From a virus: a stretch of 45,512 nucleotides of DNA. A model generated the notes under the pieces. That model did not search any database. It was not told where the DNA came from and saw nothing but the letters and a program-made list of their open reading frames with translations. Positions 32,677-41,152 of the stretch are shown here, in pieces. The position numbers and the translations under genes are program-made. The stretch is from IMG/VR virus record IMGVR_UViG_3300048837_001975. The stretch is one strand, 5' to 3'. Each line of letters starts with the position of its first letter. Position 1 is the first letter of the stretch.

Positions 32677-32985
32677 TTAATCAAGAATTTCCCAATCTGA
32701 AGCAAATGAATCTGCAACAGTTGGACTATAACTTGTAATTGAATTACTTAAACCAACCAACGCAAGTTGATCAGAATAATAGATTGCATCAATTTGCTCT
32801 TCCTCAAATGTTTTTAAGAAAAAATCTTTTACCGTTTGCGGCAAGGATTGCATTTTCGGAACTACTTCTTTTGGAATTTCAGAAGGAACTTGACGAAAAA
32901 TAAACCGTTTGTCCTGATGCCAGCTTGAGCGTCGAACACGTTTTCCATCATTTAATGCTTGAATTACTTTTTTAAATTTTGCCAT
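32677..32985 (-). CDS. DUF2829 (Tad2-like, Thoeris anti-defence 2 family) protein
   Basis: The N-terminus FKKVIQALNDGKRVRRSSW and C-terminus TVADSFASDWEIL match the DUF2829 hallmark (f.eAl.alk.GkkvrR.gW ... DllAeDWeiv). Size is about 100 aa. Confidence 0.75.
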   Translation of the reverse strand: MAKFKKVIQALNDGKRVRRSSWHQDKRFIFRQVPSEIPKEVVPKMQSLPQTVKDFFLKTFEEEQIDAIYYSDQLALVGLSNSITSYSPTVADSFASDWEILD

Positions 32986-33036
32986 AATTTCGATTTTCTA
33001 AATATTTATATCAGTATTCGGAACATTTGTTACGTT

Positions 33037-33687
33037 TTAGGAAACTTTTGTTCCAGTTTTGGAAATTATTCCATTCAAAGCTTTATACCGGATATCCACT
33101 TCAGTAAAAAGTTTCATCCTAAAATCAAACAATCCCTTGCAGTTGGCAAAGGCGTATTGTTCGTAGTATGCGTTTTCGCTCCAATTGCCGGACCCTTCAA
33201 TTACAAAATGTCCTTTCTCGGTTTCCAGTAAACATACCTTGGCGTGTACCCAGGCGAACAACACATTTAGGTTCGGATTCTCTTTGGCGCTCGCCGATAG
33301 CAGATCTGCTGTTATCGGGTTTCTCTTCAACATCGTATCGCTCACTAAAAGCGTTATTTGGTCCACAAACCCTTGCCTGTGCAAATCAATTAATGCTGTA
33401 ATTACCCTTTTATTGATGCTGTACGTAGTGGCGTACAGATGCTTTATGGTGGTCTGCTTGCAGATCCACGGAATAAAAGTGAAGGCATTAAACGAATTGT
33501 CACTCTGCAGGAAGAAAAACTCTTCCTTTTCCGGCAGTCTTTTTATGTCTGCCTCCAGCTTGGCAACTTTTTGGTAATGCGCAGCCAGGTATTTTGAAAC
33601 AAAGCTTCCTGTTTTGGAATCACCGACATTCCCCGAATCGGCGCCCTCCACAGGAAGATTGAATAATCTATTTCTTGTCGGCTTCAT
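33037..33687 (-). CDS. PLD-superfamily single-HKD (Nuc-like) nuclease candidate
   Basis: WVHAKVCLLETEKGHFVIEGSGNWSENA contains HxK ... GSxNWS, as in Nuc/BfiI-type single-HKD enzymes. At 216 aa it is compatible with a homodimeric Nuc-like fold. Confidence 0.6.
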   Translation of the reverse strand: MKPTRNRLFNLPVEGADSGNVGDSKTGSFVSKYLAAHYQKVAKLEADIKRLPEKEEFFFLQSDNSFNAFTFIPWICKQTTIKHLYATTYSINKRVITALIDLHRQGFVDQITLLVSDTMLKRNPITADLLSASAKENPNLNVLFAWVHAKVCLLETEKGHFVIEGSGNWSENAYYEQYAFANCKGLFDFRMKLFTEVDIRYKALNGIISKTGTKVS

Positions 33688-34882
33688 TCAATCGGGCATC
33701 GATTAAATTAAGCTCATCTTGCCATGCTTTGATTTTAGCCTCGGCTTTTTCTTTTTTCGCGGCTTCCATTTTCTCCAGCTTTGGCGTTTCACGCGAAATA
33801 TAAGAGCGAAGATTGCCTTGGCGTTTCATAGCCTCTTTAGTAGAATAGCCATCCACTTGCTTTTGGAGCATATCATCTGCAAATATGGGATGATTGCCAA
33901 GGATCTCTTTATGCTCTTGGTAGTAGTTCAACTCATCGTAGATAAGTTGGTTCAGCTCAAAATTTTCAACGGAAGTTTTACCTAATTCAAAAAGGCCATC
34001 CGTTTCACCTGCAGCTTTTTTTCTTTGAATTTCATTAAATGCAGCGTGATACGCTTTTAAAGCTGTGAATTTATCGGCCACAAGAATTTTGAATTTGTCT
34101 GGGCAATCCTTTTCATTTAAGAAAGGAAATTCCTCGCGCAGTTTTTTCTTTTCCTGAGCTTCGTCTCCAGGTTCGGGATTTTGATTTTCTGAAGCTTCGG
34201 TTTGTGAAGTTTCTTTGGAATCCTCAGAATTCTTAGTTTTTTCAGAACCTTCAGTTTTTTTTGTTTCAAGGCCCTCTAAGGCTTCGCTTTCCTCTGTTTC
34301 AACTTCCATTGATTTAAGCAAAGCATATTTAGCTTCCTGCAAATTCAATACTGCAGAATTTTTTGCTTGAGCAATTTTGTTCTTTTGAGTTTTCTCAATC
34401 AAGGCTTTAAGATCAGCGCTCTTTTTTGACTCTGGAGTAATTTCTTGCTCAGCTAACCAAGCAATCATTTCCTTGTTTCCTGGCAATCCTTTTGCGAATT
34501 TTGGAAGATCTGCAGGTAGCAGCTCGTCCAATTTTGAAAACTCGGTAAGATCTACAGCTTCTTTTTGTAAATCTTCTAAAGAAGTATTTACAAAATCAAT
34601 TGCCAGCAATCTTTGCTCTCCAGTTAAAATTTCTTGAGCAACTTCTTCCTCTTTTTTCTTCGGAACATACGCGCGCACTTCAGCATCGGTAATACCGTAG
34701 GTTTGCTTTACGTCATATTTCAATGTTTCCAGATTTGCCTTACTAAAGCCGCTGGCATTGTAATATTTTGCCAGTGATGGACCGTGATGGGGATGTTTTA
34801 TAAATAGCTGAAGCAATTCATTAAATTGCTTTTGTGGAGCTTCATTGCTATTAAGCGCCTCAAGTACTTTCTTTTTTTCCAT
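33668..34882 (-). CDS. Hypothetical acidic protein with a low-complexity E/K/S/T-rich centre (404 aa)
   Basis: Long ATG ORF and first gene after the capsid-module terminator. Confidence 0.6.
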   Translation of the reverse strand: MEKKKVLEALNSNEAPQKQFNELLQLFIKHPHHGPSLAKYYNASGFSKANLETLKYDVKQTYGITDAEVRAYVPKKKEEEVAQEILTGEQRLLAIDFVNTSLEDLQKEAVDLTEFSKLDELLPADLPKFAKGLPGNKEMIAWLAEQEITPESKKSADLKALIEKTQKNKIAQAKNSAVLNLQEAKYALLKSMEVETEESEALEGLETKKTEGSEKTKNSEDSKETSQTEASENQNPEPGDEAQEKKKLREEFPFLNEKDCPDKFKILVADKFTALKAYHAAFNEIQRKKAAGETDGLFELGKTSVENFELNQLIYDELNYYQEHKEILGNHPIFADDMLQKQVDGYSTKEAMKRQGNLRSYISRETPKLEKMEAAKKEKAEAKIKAWQDELNLIDARLNEADKK

Positions 34883-34918
34883 GGTGTTTGGTATTAATTA
34901 CTAATTAGTGAATCAAAT

Positions 34919-34942
34919 ATGCAATTGCATTTTTGCAATTGC
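34919..34942. promoter_or_regulatory. Tandem palindromes ATGCAATTGCAT and GCAATTGC
   Basis: A 12-bp perfect palindrome (34919-34930) and an 8-bp core (34935-34942) lie between a terminator and the 34882 start. Confidence 0.5.
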
Positions 34943-34950
34943 TGTGACAA

Positions 34951-34981
34951 CAAAAAAGCCACCCCGATTAAGGAGTGGCTT
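34951..34981 (-). terminator. Rho-independent terminator after the 272-aa structural gene
   Basis: On the minus strand, AGCCAC-CC ... GG-GTGGCT hairpin followed by TTTTTT and then the TTGTCACA box. Confidence 0.75.
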
Positions 34982-35013
34982 TTCAGCTTTAAAACTATTG
35001 CTATGAAAACAAA

Positions 35014-35832
35014 TTACGAACGCGCTCTTTCAATAAAGAACGTGTCAGTGCCATCGTCAAAGATTTCAAATGTAATGGTCGCATCCTCTAGTGCTGTCCA
35101 GGTTGTTCCATCGGCCAGCATTACGGTTCCAGCAGTTGTGGCACCATTTGCTAAAGTGGAAGGATCTGCACCGCCGCCACCAATTATAGTGAACAATGTT
35201 CCTGCAGGTTGCGTAGCCGAAGCCAAAGCAATCGTACCTCCAGCTGCATCAGCAGGCAGTTTGTACATTAAACCATTTGCAGGAGTCACATCGATCGTTA
35301 AATCGGTTTCATATGGCGCGCCAAAAGATTCTGTGCCATCGTAAAAGCCAGGAACATATTTTGAACCTACACTTTGCTCAAAAGTCATCTTGATCATACG
35401 GCCGCTTGAATCGTCCGTTTGCTCAGCTTTCAACTTCATTGGAGAACAGGGCGTCCCATACAGACGCTTATAACCGTCAATACAGTTATTTGCAAGAATG
35501 AAATAATCTACGCCAATGTTATTCTGAATAAATTCAGAAAGTTCCAATACATCACCAGGTGTGGATCCTTCAAACTTTTGTTTGATGGTTTCCATATCCT
35601 CATCACCTTCGGTGGTGTAGGATTTTACCTGTTTTGAAGGGGTGCAATACACGGTGAACATTTTTGCTCCCGATTTCATTACAATATTCCCTACAGTTCT
35701 AACCCCTTTGCTATCGCGCGCAGGCCATACAAGCACGTCTTCAAAACGGCCTAGGGTTACATTCGGTTTGTTAGCCGCGGCGGCCCCCGCTCCGGGACCG
35801 CTTTTGACTACATTTTGTGGTATCCACGTCAT
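35014..35832 (-). CDS. Abundant structural protein candidate (272 aa): capsid decoration, major capsid or tail tube type
   Basis: Follows the protease and the 716-aa protein and ends at a strong terminator. The C-terminal part is Gly/Ala/Thr-rich and Ig-like. No family recognised. Confidence 0.6.
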   Translation of the reverse strand: MTWIPQNVVKSGPGAGAAAANKPNVTLGRFEDVLVWPARDSKGVRTVGNIVMKSGAKMFTVYCTPSKQVKSYTTEGDEDMETIKQKFEGSTPGDVLELSEFIQNNIGVDYFILANNCIDGYKRLYGTPCSPMKLKAEQTDDSSGRMIKMTFEQSVGSKYVPGFYDGTESFGAPYETDLTIDVTPANGLMYKLPADAAGGTIALASATQPAGTLFTIIGGGGADPSTLANGATTAGTVMLADGTTWTALEDATITFEIFDDGTDTFFIERARS

Positions 35833-35859
35833 AATTTCTGACTTTTTAGATTAAACTTA

Positions 35860-38010
35860 TTAAGCGATGGTTCTCGCTACTTCTTCCCACACGCCGTCAA
35901 TTTTTGTAAGCGTGATGTTATCTGCACCGTTGGCAAGGATCGCTCCTGCGCCAACGTTTATATTACCCGCTACATCTTGTAGGGTCAGGGCACCACCGGC
36001 ACCACCATTGATCACAATCTCTTGGCCTTCTACACCGCCGATTATTCCCTCAAGGGTATCAACACCACCGGTATAATTGAATTCGTAACCAAGGTCAGCA
36101 TCTAAAGTAGCTGTGCTGAAATCTACATCTGCATCAGGAACAACTGGAGGCGAAGTGGTTCGTTTCACTTCAGTGAAAGTTGTTGCTGTAGTTGCACGAA
36201 GTGTCAAAATACCGCCGCTATTTAAAGAAAAATCAGCATTGCCGGCAAGGGTGATGTTGCCATCATCCACAACCTTCACGCCTGCGCCTACAGCTGTATT
36301 ACCTTGTATCTTGATTATTTGCCCTTCATAGGCACCATTGATGGTTTCAATGTTGGTAGCATAATCATTGGTAATGGTAATGTTGCTGTAGAATTCATTG
36401 ATATTGATTTCTCCAGTTCCATAATCGTACAGACGCACAAAGAAGTTTTCGTTGAAAATTGGCATTCCATTGGTCCATACAGTTTGCACCTTGAAAGCTG
36501 CAGGATCTCCGTCTTTAACTTTGGTACCAATGTGGCGAACACGTACACCGAATTTATAATCGGCAAAAATGTACATATCGCGCTTCAATGATTCCATATG
36601 GTACATTGATTTCTCTGAAGGAATGTTTTCCAAAATCTCAATGTTGTCATCATAGGTGATAAACATAAAGTCGCTTCCGGAAAGTTCAGACAATGGGCAA
36701 AGCTTCACATTGGGGAAGTTTTCAATCTCCATCAATTCCTGCCCGGTGTAATTGTTGTCGTGCCCAAAAAGCACACGCTTGCGCTCTACGTGACGACGGA
36801 TCCACTCCGGAGAAAGATACAGGATAAGGTTAGCGCTGTTTATTTCTTCCAGCGGTACGTTTTTCTCAAGCAGATTTTTTACGTAATCAACAATATTGCT
36901 ATTTGATGGCGCGCCAATCTGGGCTGATTTGAATTTTTTCTCAAGGAAATAAGCTCTCCAAAGTTTGATTAAAATTCCATCACTACGGTGAACAGCCAAA
37001 CCTGGTATTTGAGTTGAGTCAGGCGTAGGAACATATACCCCTTTCACTGCCACAATTCTATCTTCTTGACGTGCACGCTTATCAAGCTCTACCAAAAGGA
37101 ATTTTACAAAGCTCCATTTGTAAGCCTGTGAGCCTTCCTTATTGTACTGGTGCAACCAAGAAGTAAGTAAGGTTTGCAACAAATAACCAGCGTGCTCAAT
37201 ATCTACCTGTACAGGATAGATTTTAGCTTCTTCAGGCTGGATAAGTTGCTTGTTTTTTGGCAACCAGTTTTTCTTTTTTGCCTGGGTAACTTCTGCAGTA
37301 ACAATATTACCATCGGCAATTCTATCTACTACATTGGTACGTATGGGCCAAAATGAAGGAAGCTTTAGGTAATCGCGATTTAATGATTTTAAATCGGCCT
37401 TAACTTCCTTGTAATAAAGGTCGGCATCGTTTTGAAGTTTTTGAACTTCCAAAGAATCGGCAGCGAAAGTTGGCATTGCCACTTGCTCTCCTTTTGCCAT
37501 TTGGTTCCAAGGACGGCCCTCGAAAGCATCGTATTCTTTTTTGGAGCCGAAAAGGTGGCTTTTGGAATGCTGCATATTCTTGTCTGTTTTAGAGTGGATA
37601 ATTTCCAAAGGAGAATCGCCTTCAGCGGTAGACAAGAGCTTTTGTAGATTAGCATCCATTTTTTTGGAATAGCTTTCAATCATAGCTTTGATTTTTCCAA
37701 TCTCAGAGGCATCAATTTTATTATCCTCTTGAGCTTGTTCCAAATCTTCTTGGCTCATTCCGTGAGCGCGTAACATTTCTTCAATTTCAGTTTTTGCATC
37801 AATCAATCGTTGATCATCGTCTGAAATTTTTTCGGCTGCAGCTGCTAATTCTTTGTTGACCATTTCCAACATTTGGGCAACGTCAACTTTACCTTCCAGC
37901 GCATCTTCCAATGCTTTGAGCTGTTCGGGTGTAAAATCAGTAGCAGCATCCTTAACAGGTAATTTGCTGATGCCTAGGACGGCCAAAATCAGCGTGATTG
38001 CTTTCTTCAT
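35860..38010 (-). CDS. Putative major capsid protein with an N-terminal coiled-coil (scaffold/delta-like) region and a C-terminal Gly-rich repeat domain (716 aa)
   Basis: Immediately downstream of the S49 prohead protease. The first 130 aa or so are helical and acidic. Assigned by gene order only. Confidence 0.45.
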   Translation of the reverse strand: MKKAITLILAVLGISKLPVKDAATDFTPEQLKALEDALEGKVDVAQMLEMVNKELAAAAEKISDDDQRLIDAKTEIEEMLRAHGMSQEDLEQAQEDNKIDASEIGKIKAMIESYSKKMDANLQKLLSTAEGDSPLEIIHSKTDKNMQHSKSHLFGSKKEYDAFEGRPWNQMAKGEQVAMPTFAADSLEVQKLQNDADLYYKEVKADLKSLNRDYLKLPSFWPIRTNVVDRIADGNIVTAEVTQAKKKNWLPKNKQLIQPEEAKIYPVQVDIEHAGYLLQTLLTSWLHQYNKEGSQAYKWSFVKFLLVELDKRARQEDRIVAVKGVYVPTPDSTQIPGLAVHRSDGILIKLWRAYFLEKKFKSAQIGAPSNSNIVDYVKNLLEKNVPLEEINSANLILYLSPEWIRRHVERKRVLFGHDNNYTGQELMEIENFPNVKLCPLSELSGSDFMFITYDDNIEILENIPSEKSMYHMESLKRDMYIFADYKFGVRVRHIGTKVKDGDPAAFKVQTVWTNGMPIFNENFFVRLYDYGTGEININEFYSNITITNDYATNIETINGAYEGQIIKIQGNTAVGAGVKVVDDGNITLAGNADFSLNSGGILTLRATTATTFTEVKRTTSPPVVPDADVDFSTATLDADLGYEFNYTGGVDTLEGIIGGVEGQEIVINGGAGGALTLQDVAGNINVGAGAILANGADNITLTKIDGVWEEVARTIA

Positions 38011-38039
38011 TTGTTTTTGAATTTAATTAGTATTTAGGT

Positions 38040-38921
38040 TTAATAATTACTCATTTCTGCAAGGCCTTGCGCTATCTGCATAGCCTCTTTTAAGGTTCCA
38101 ATCTTATTGATCATTCCTAACCTTACTGCATCTTCAGCGCCGAATACCCTTCCTGTCAATACGCCTTCTTCTTCAATTAGATTGGGATGTGCTGCTTTAA
38201 TAGCTTCTTGGAATTTTTTTGCCATTGGGTTCAATTGCATATCACGCAACATTTGGCGGCCTTTTTCCGGATCATCCTTATAGGCTCTCCAAATTTCATT
38301 TTTGTGCTGGCTGTGATCTGAATAAACTTCCTCCAGTATAATCTTTAGATCTTCATAGTATTTACTGAAATCCATCCAGGAACTTAATACACCAATACTT
38401 CCGAAACGTGCGGTAATATTATTATCCGCCATTTGGTAATCTGCCACTGCAGACGGAATCCATTTATGCAGGCTCAAGCTTTGATCCGCCAGTGAAACAA
38501 TTGGCTTTCTTTTTCTTGAAGCAAATTCTATAAATGGATTGATGGCAGAAACGGAACCGCCGGGACCATCTACATAAAGCACAGTAGCTGCTATGTTTTG
38601 TTGGTTGTTGGCAAAATCCAATTGCGCAACCACTTCATCTGCACCAAGAAACCAATACCCACCATATTTCATCATTGGTCCAATAGCCTTTATAAATGCT
38701 ATTGAGCCTTTGGGTATTTCTGAAATTTCCCGGGGATTGATCCTTTCCAATTCCTCATTGAAAAAAGACATCATCAGATGTTCCGGTTTTTCTTCTTTCT
38801 TCCGGTCTTCACCTTTGGCCACAACATTGTCAAAAAAATGACGCAGCTGAACCAAATCGCTAAAATCCATTAGCCATTGTCCCGTGACGATTTCGTGAAG
38901 TAATTGAGAGTTGGTATACAT
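38040..38921 (-). CDS. S49 (SppA/ClpP-fold) prohead maturation protease
   Basis: VLYVDGPGGSVSA ... RKPIVSLADQ ... ARFGSIGVLS matches the S49 pattern DSPGG.v ... kPvva ... GSIGV. Confidence 0.7.
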   Translation of the reverse strand: MYTNSQLLHEIVTGQWLMDFSDLVQLRHFFDNVVAKGEDRKKEEKPEHLMMSFFNEELERINPREISEIPKGSIAFIKAIGPMMKYGGYWFLGADEVVAQLDFANNQQNIAATVLYVDGPGGSVSAINPFIEFASRKRKPIVSLADQSLSLHKWIPSAVADYQMADNNITARFGSIGVLSSWMDFSKYYEDLKIILEEVYSDHSQHKNEIWRAYKDDPEKGRQMLRDMQLNPMAKKFQEAIKAAHPNLIEEEGVLTGRVFGAEDAVRLGMINKIGTLKEAMQIAQGLAEMSNY

Positions 38922-38980
38922 TTTCTGAATGATTTACACCAAACTTCGTAAACGCTCCACACTTCCGCTGTGACAACTAT

Positions 38981-39814
38981 TTAGAACTGAAATAAATTAT
39001 AGGAAACTCCCAAACCAAGAATAGGCGAGAGCCCATCTGAAGAAAAGCCATAGCCAGCAAAAATGCCTATCCCTAAACGCTTTCTGCGCTCGGTAAGGCT
39101 GTAGCCATCTACACTGGTAGTTTTTATGTAAGGGTTGCTGTTGATGACATCGATGCGAAACTGGGTTTTAAAGAAACCTGTTTTTTTATCGCCAATTACG
39201 ATGCTCTGTTGATTTGGTATCGTTAGATTATCCAGGAACAAACCTTTGTTTGTTGATCGGCCAGAGAGTCCGTACCATTTTTCCTGCAGGGAAAATGGAA
39301 TACTGAAATCATTTCCTTCAATTAAATAAGGAACCTCGATACTGTCTATCTTCGTAATGGTTTCCGTGCGGACTGCAGCTGCTACTTTTTTATAGTATTT
39401 AACCAAGTTTTTTAATTGTTGGGTACTGTCCTTTTGTGATGCCAACAACAATTCCAAACTTTGTTTTTCTCCCTGCATTGCCAAACGTGTGGCAACTTCC
39501 TCACCTTTTTTATTTTTATAATATTGGATAGTGTCCTGCAGCACTTCAGAATTTTTGGCAATATTCTTTTCAAGATTATTTTTTTCTGAACAGCTTCGGA
39601 ACCAAAGTATGGCCAACACCACAACTACTACATGCAACCAAGATATCCGCAGCGCTGGAATCTTTATGGTTTTTTCTGGAGTGGTGAAGTTGGCTTTCAT
39701 TATTTCACATAAAAAGTTACATAGACTAGCAATAATGCCAGGAGAAAAACGAGAACATATATGGTGCGCTCTACGTATTTCATTTTTCAAAGGGAAGTTT
39801 GCCCTCCCGGTCAT
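38981..39814 (-). CDS. Lysis-cassette envelope protein: signal/lipoprotein-like N-terminus and OMP-like C-terminus (spanin-like candidate)
   Basis: Hydrophobic segment WLHVVVVVLAILWFRSC followed by Cys. The C-terminus GIGIFAGYGFSS ... GLGVSYNLFQF ends in Phe like a beta-barrel signal. An alternative ATG at 39700 (MKANF) is possible. Confidence 0.45.
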   Translation of the reverse strand: MTGRANFPLKNEIRRAHHICSRFSPGIIASLCNFLCEIMKANFTTPEKTIKIPALRISWLHVVVVVLAILWFRSCSEKNNLEKNIAKNSEVLQDTIQYYKNKKGEEVATRLAMQGEKQSLELLLASQKDSTQQLKNLVKYYKKVAAAVRTETITKIDSIEVPYLIEGNDFSIPFSLQEKWYGLSGRSTNKGLFLDNLTIPNQQSIVIGDKKTGFFKTQFRIDVINSNPYIKTTSVDGYSLTERRKRLGIGIFAGYGFSSDGLSPILGLGVSYNLFQF

Positions 39815-40307
39815 TACTTGAGTAAATAAATCCGTATTCCGGAATTACATCAAAGCTTGGGCACTCCTTAATTCGTTCCCAAGATTCTATAACACCATTG
39901 GCATTATTGTCTTTACTGAAATCGCGGTGGCCAACTACACCTAAATTAACCGTTACATCTTGCCCTTGGGCACGGCACCATTCAATAGCTTCCTGTATGC
40001 AGGTATCGATGGAAGGTTTTTGGTAAACGTTGCGGGTATCTTTTGCCTTTGTAACATCAAAAATATCCACACCGCCCACATAGGCTATATGGATAGTATC
40101 TTCGTTATGGCCTTTTACACCATTGGTAACCACACTAAAATCATACATTTTATTGATGGTTCCATCCTTATCTATAATGCGGTGATAGCCTCCGGTCTTC
40201 CAGCCACGGCCACCTTTGGAAACCGGACGTGTAAAATAATCCTGCACCTTATCGGCATTTTGATGCCCAGCTGTGCAGTGGATTACGATGTTTGTTATTT
40301 TTCTCAT
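39780..40307 (-). CDS. N-acetylmuramoyl-L-alanine amidase (Amidase_2/PGRP fold) endolysin
   Basis: Motifs IVIHCTAG, GGYHRIIDKDG, NEDTIHIAYVGG and VVGHRDF. The ATG at 40307 forms an ATGA junction with the upstream gene. Confidence 0.85.
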   Translation of the reverse strand: MRKITNIVIHCTAGHQNADKVQDYFTRPVSKGGRGWKTGGYHRIIDKDGTINKMYDFSVVTNGVKGHNEDTIHIAYVGGVDIFDVTKAKDTRNVYQKPSIDTCIQEAIEWCRAQGQDVTVNLGVVGHRDFSKDNNANGVIESWERIKECPSFDVIPEYGFIYSSNDREGKLPFEK

Positions 40308-40672
40308 TTCGCTTTCGAGGTAAATTTTGTGAGGCGCTTCATAGCTGCTACAAAACCCTCGCAACGGTGAAACATATAGCCTTTCACGATGATAAGGCCA
40401 TCTATATAAAAGAGAATGTAAATGGGAAGAAAGAGATCAAACATTCCGTAGCGAACATCTACGGCTTTTATACAGAGGTAGCCAATCATTAAAAACCCCC
40501 TGATTTTTAGATACCAGCGCACGTGCGACTTCAATTTTTTTCGCTCTATGAATGCACCATATAAAAGATGTGCGTATAGGGCGAGCATCACCACCCACGT
40601 AAGTAAGTGGATTTCTTCAGGCAAACTTCGCAAAGCTGCATTTGCTGTACTGAAAATATCATTCTTGTCCAT
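40304..40672 (-). CDS. Multi-TM membrane protein (holin/antiholin candidate, 122 aa)
   Basis: About three hydrophobic helices, directly upstream of the endolysin. Confidence 0.5.
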   Translation of the reverse strand: MDKNDIFSTANAALRSLPEEIHLLTWVVMLALYAHLLYGAFIERKKLKSHVRWYLKIRGFLMIGYLCIKAVDVRYGMFDLFLPIYILFYIDGLIIVKGYMFHRCEGFVAAMKRLTKFTSKAK

Positions 40673-41090
40673 TGCCCAATTTTTTAGCTATATAATTTCC
40701 CAATTCCTTGAAAAGCCGATCTATCAATCCGGACTTTCCAAAAATTTTGGTCCTGAGGAGTAGTACCAGGTTTAATGAAAAAAGTCCGAGGATGAAAGAA
40801 AGAATAAGCCCAAGCCACATTGGTATTACAGTTTGCTGGCTTACCTCATAACCCATCCACACTAAAATCATTGATAGCACTACGGTAACAGCAATATCAA
40901 ATTTGGTAGGGTTCTTTTGGTTCTCGTCTTGGAAGAGCATATAGATCGCTATAAACGGAACCACCGCGCCCATTACCAAAAATTTTGTTGCCATTGGCTC
41001 CAATCCTTCATAGGCATCTATGAGCGGATTTGCATACAGTGCGCCCCAACTAAAAGCGCAGATGTATATAAAGATTATTTTCAATTTCAT
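40659..41090 (-). CDS. Multi-TM membrane protein (holin candidate, 143 aa)
   Basis: About four hydrophobic helices and a charged C-terminal tail, in the lysis cassette. Confidence 0.5.
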   Translation of the reverse strand: MKLKIIFIYICAFSWGALYANPLIDAYEGLEPMATKFLVMGAVVPFIAIYMLFQDENQKNPTKFDIAVTVVLSMILVWMGYEVSQQTVIPMWLGLILSFILGLFSLNLVLLLRTKIFGKSGLIDRLFKELGNYIAKKLGNGQE

Positions 41091-41152
41091 TGCAGGGGCT
41101 CCTTTTATTTTCAGGTAAATGTAAAGGAGTGAAACTCTTGAAATTGTGACAG

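Noticed and set aside
35867-36591. Plus-strand ORFs antisense to the C-terminal Gly-rich domain of the 716-aa protein, and similar ones at 34919-35344 and 43158-43568
   Set aside because: These are locally GC-richer, Gly/Ala/Thr-coding regions, which generate open antisense frames. They have no start context or independent support.
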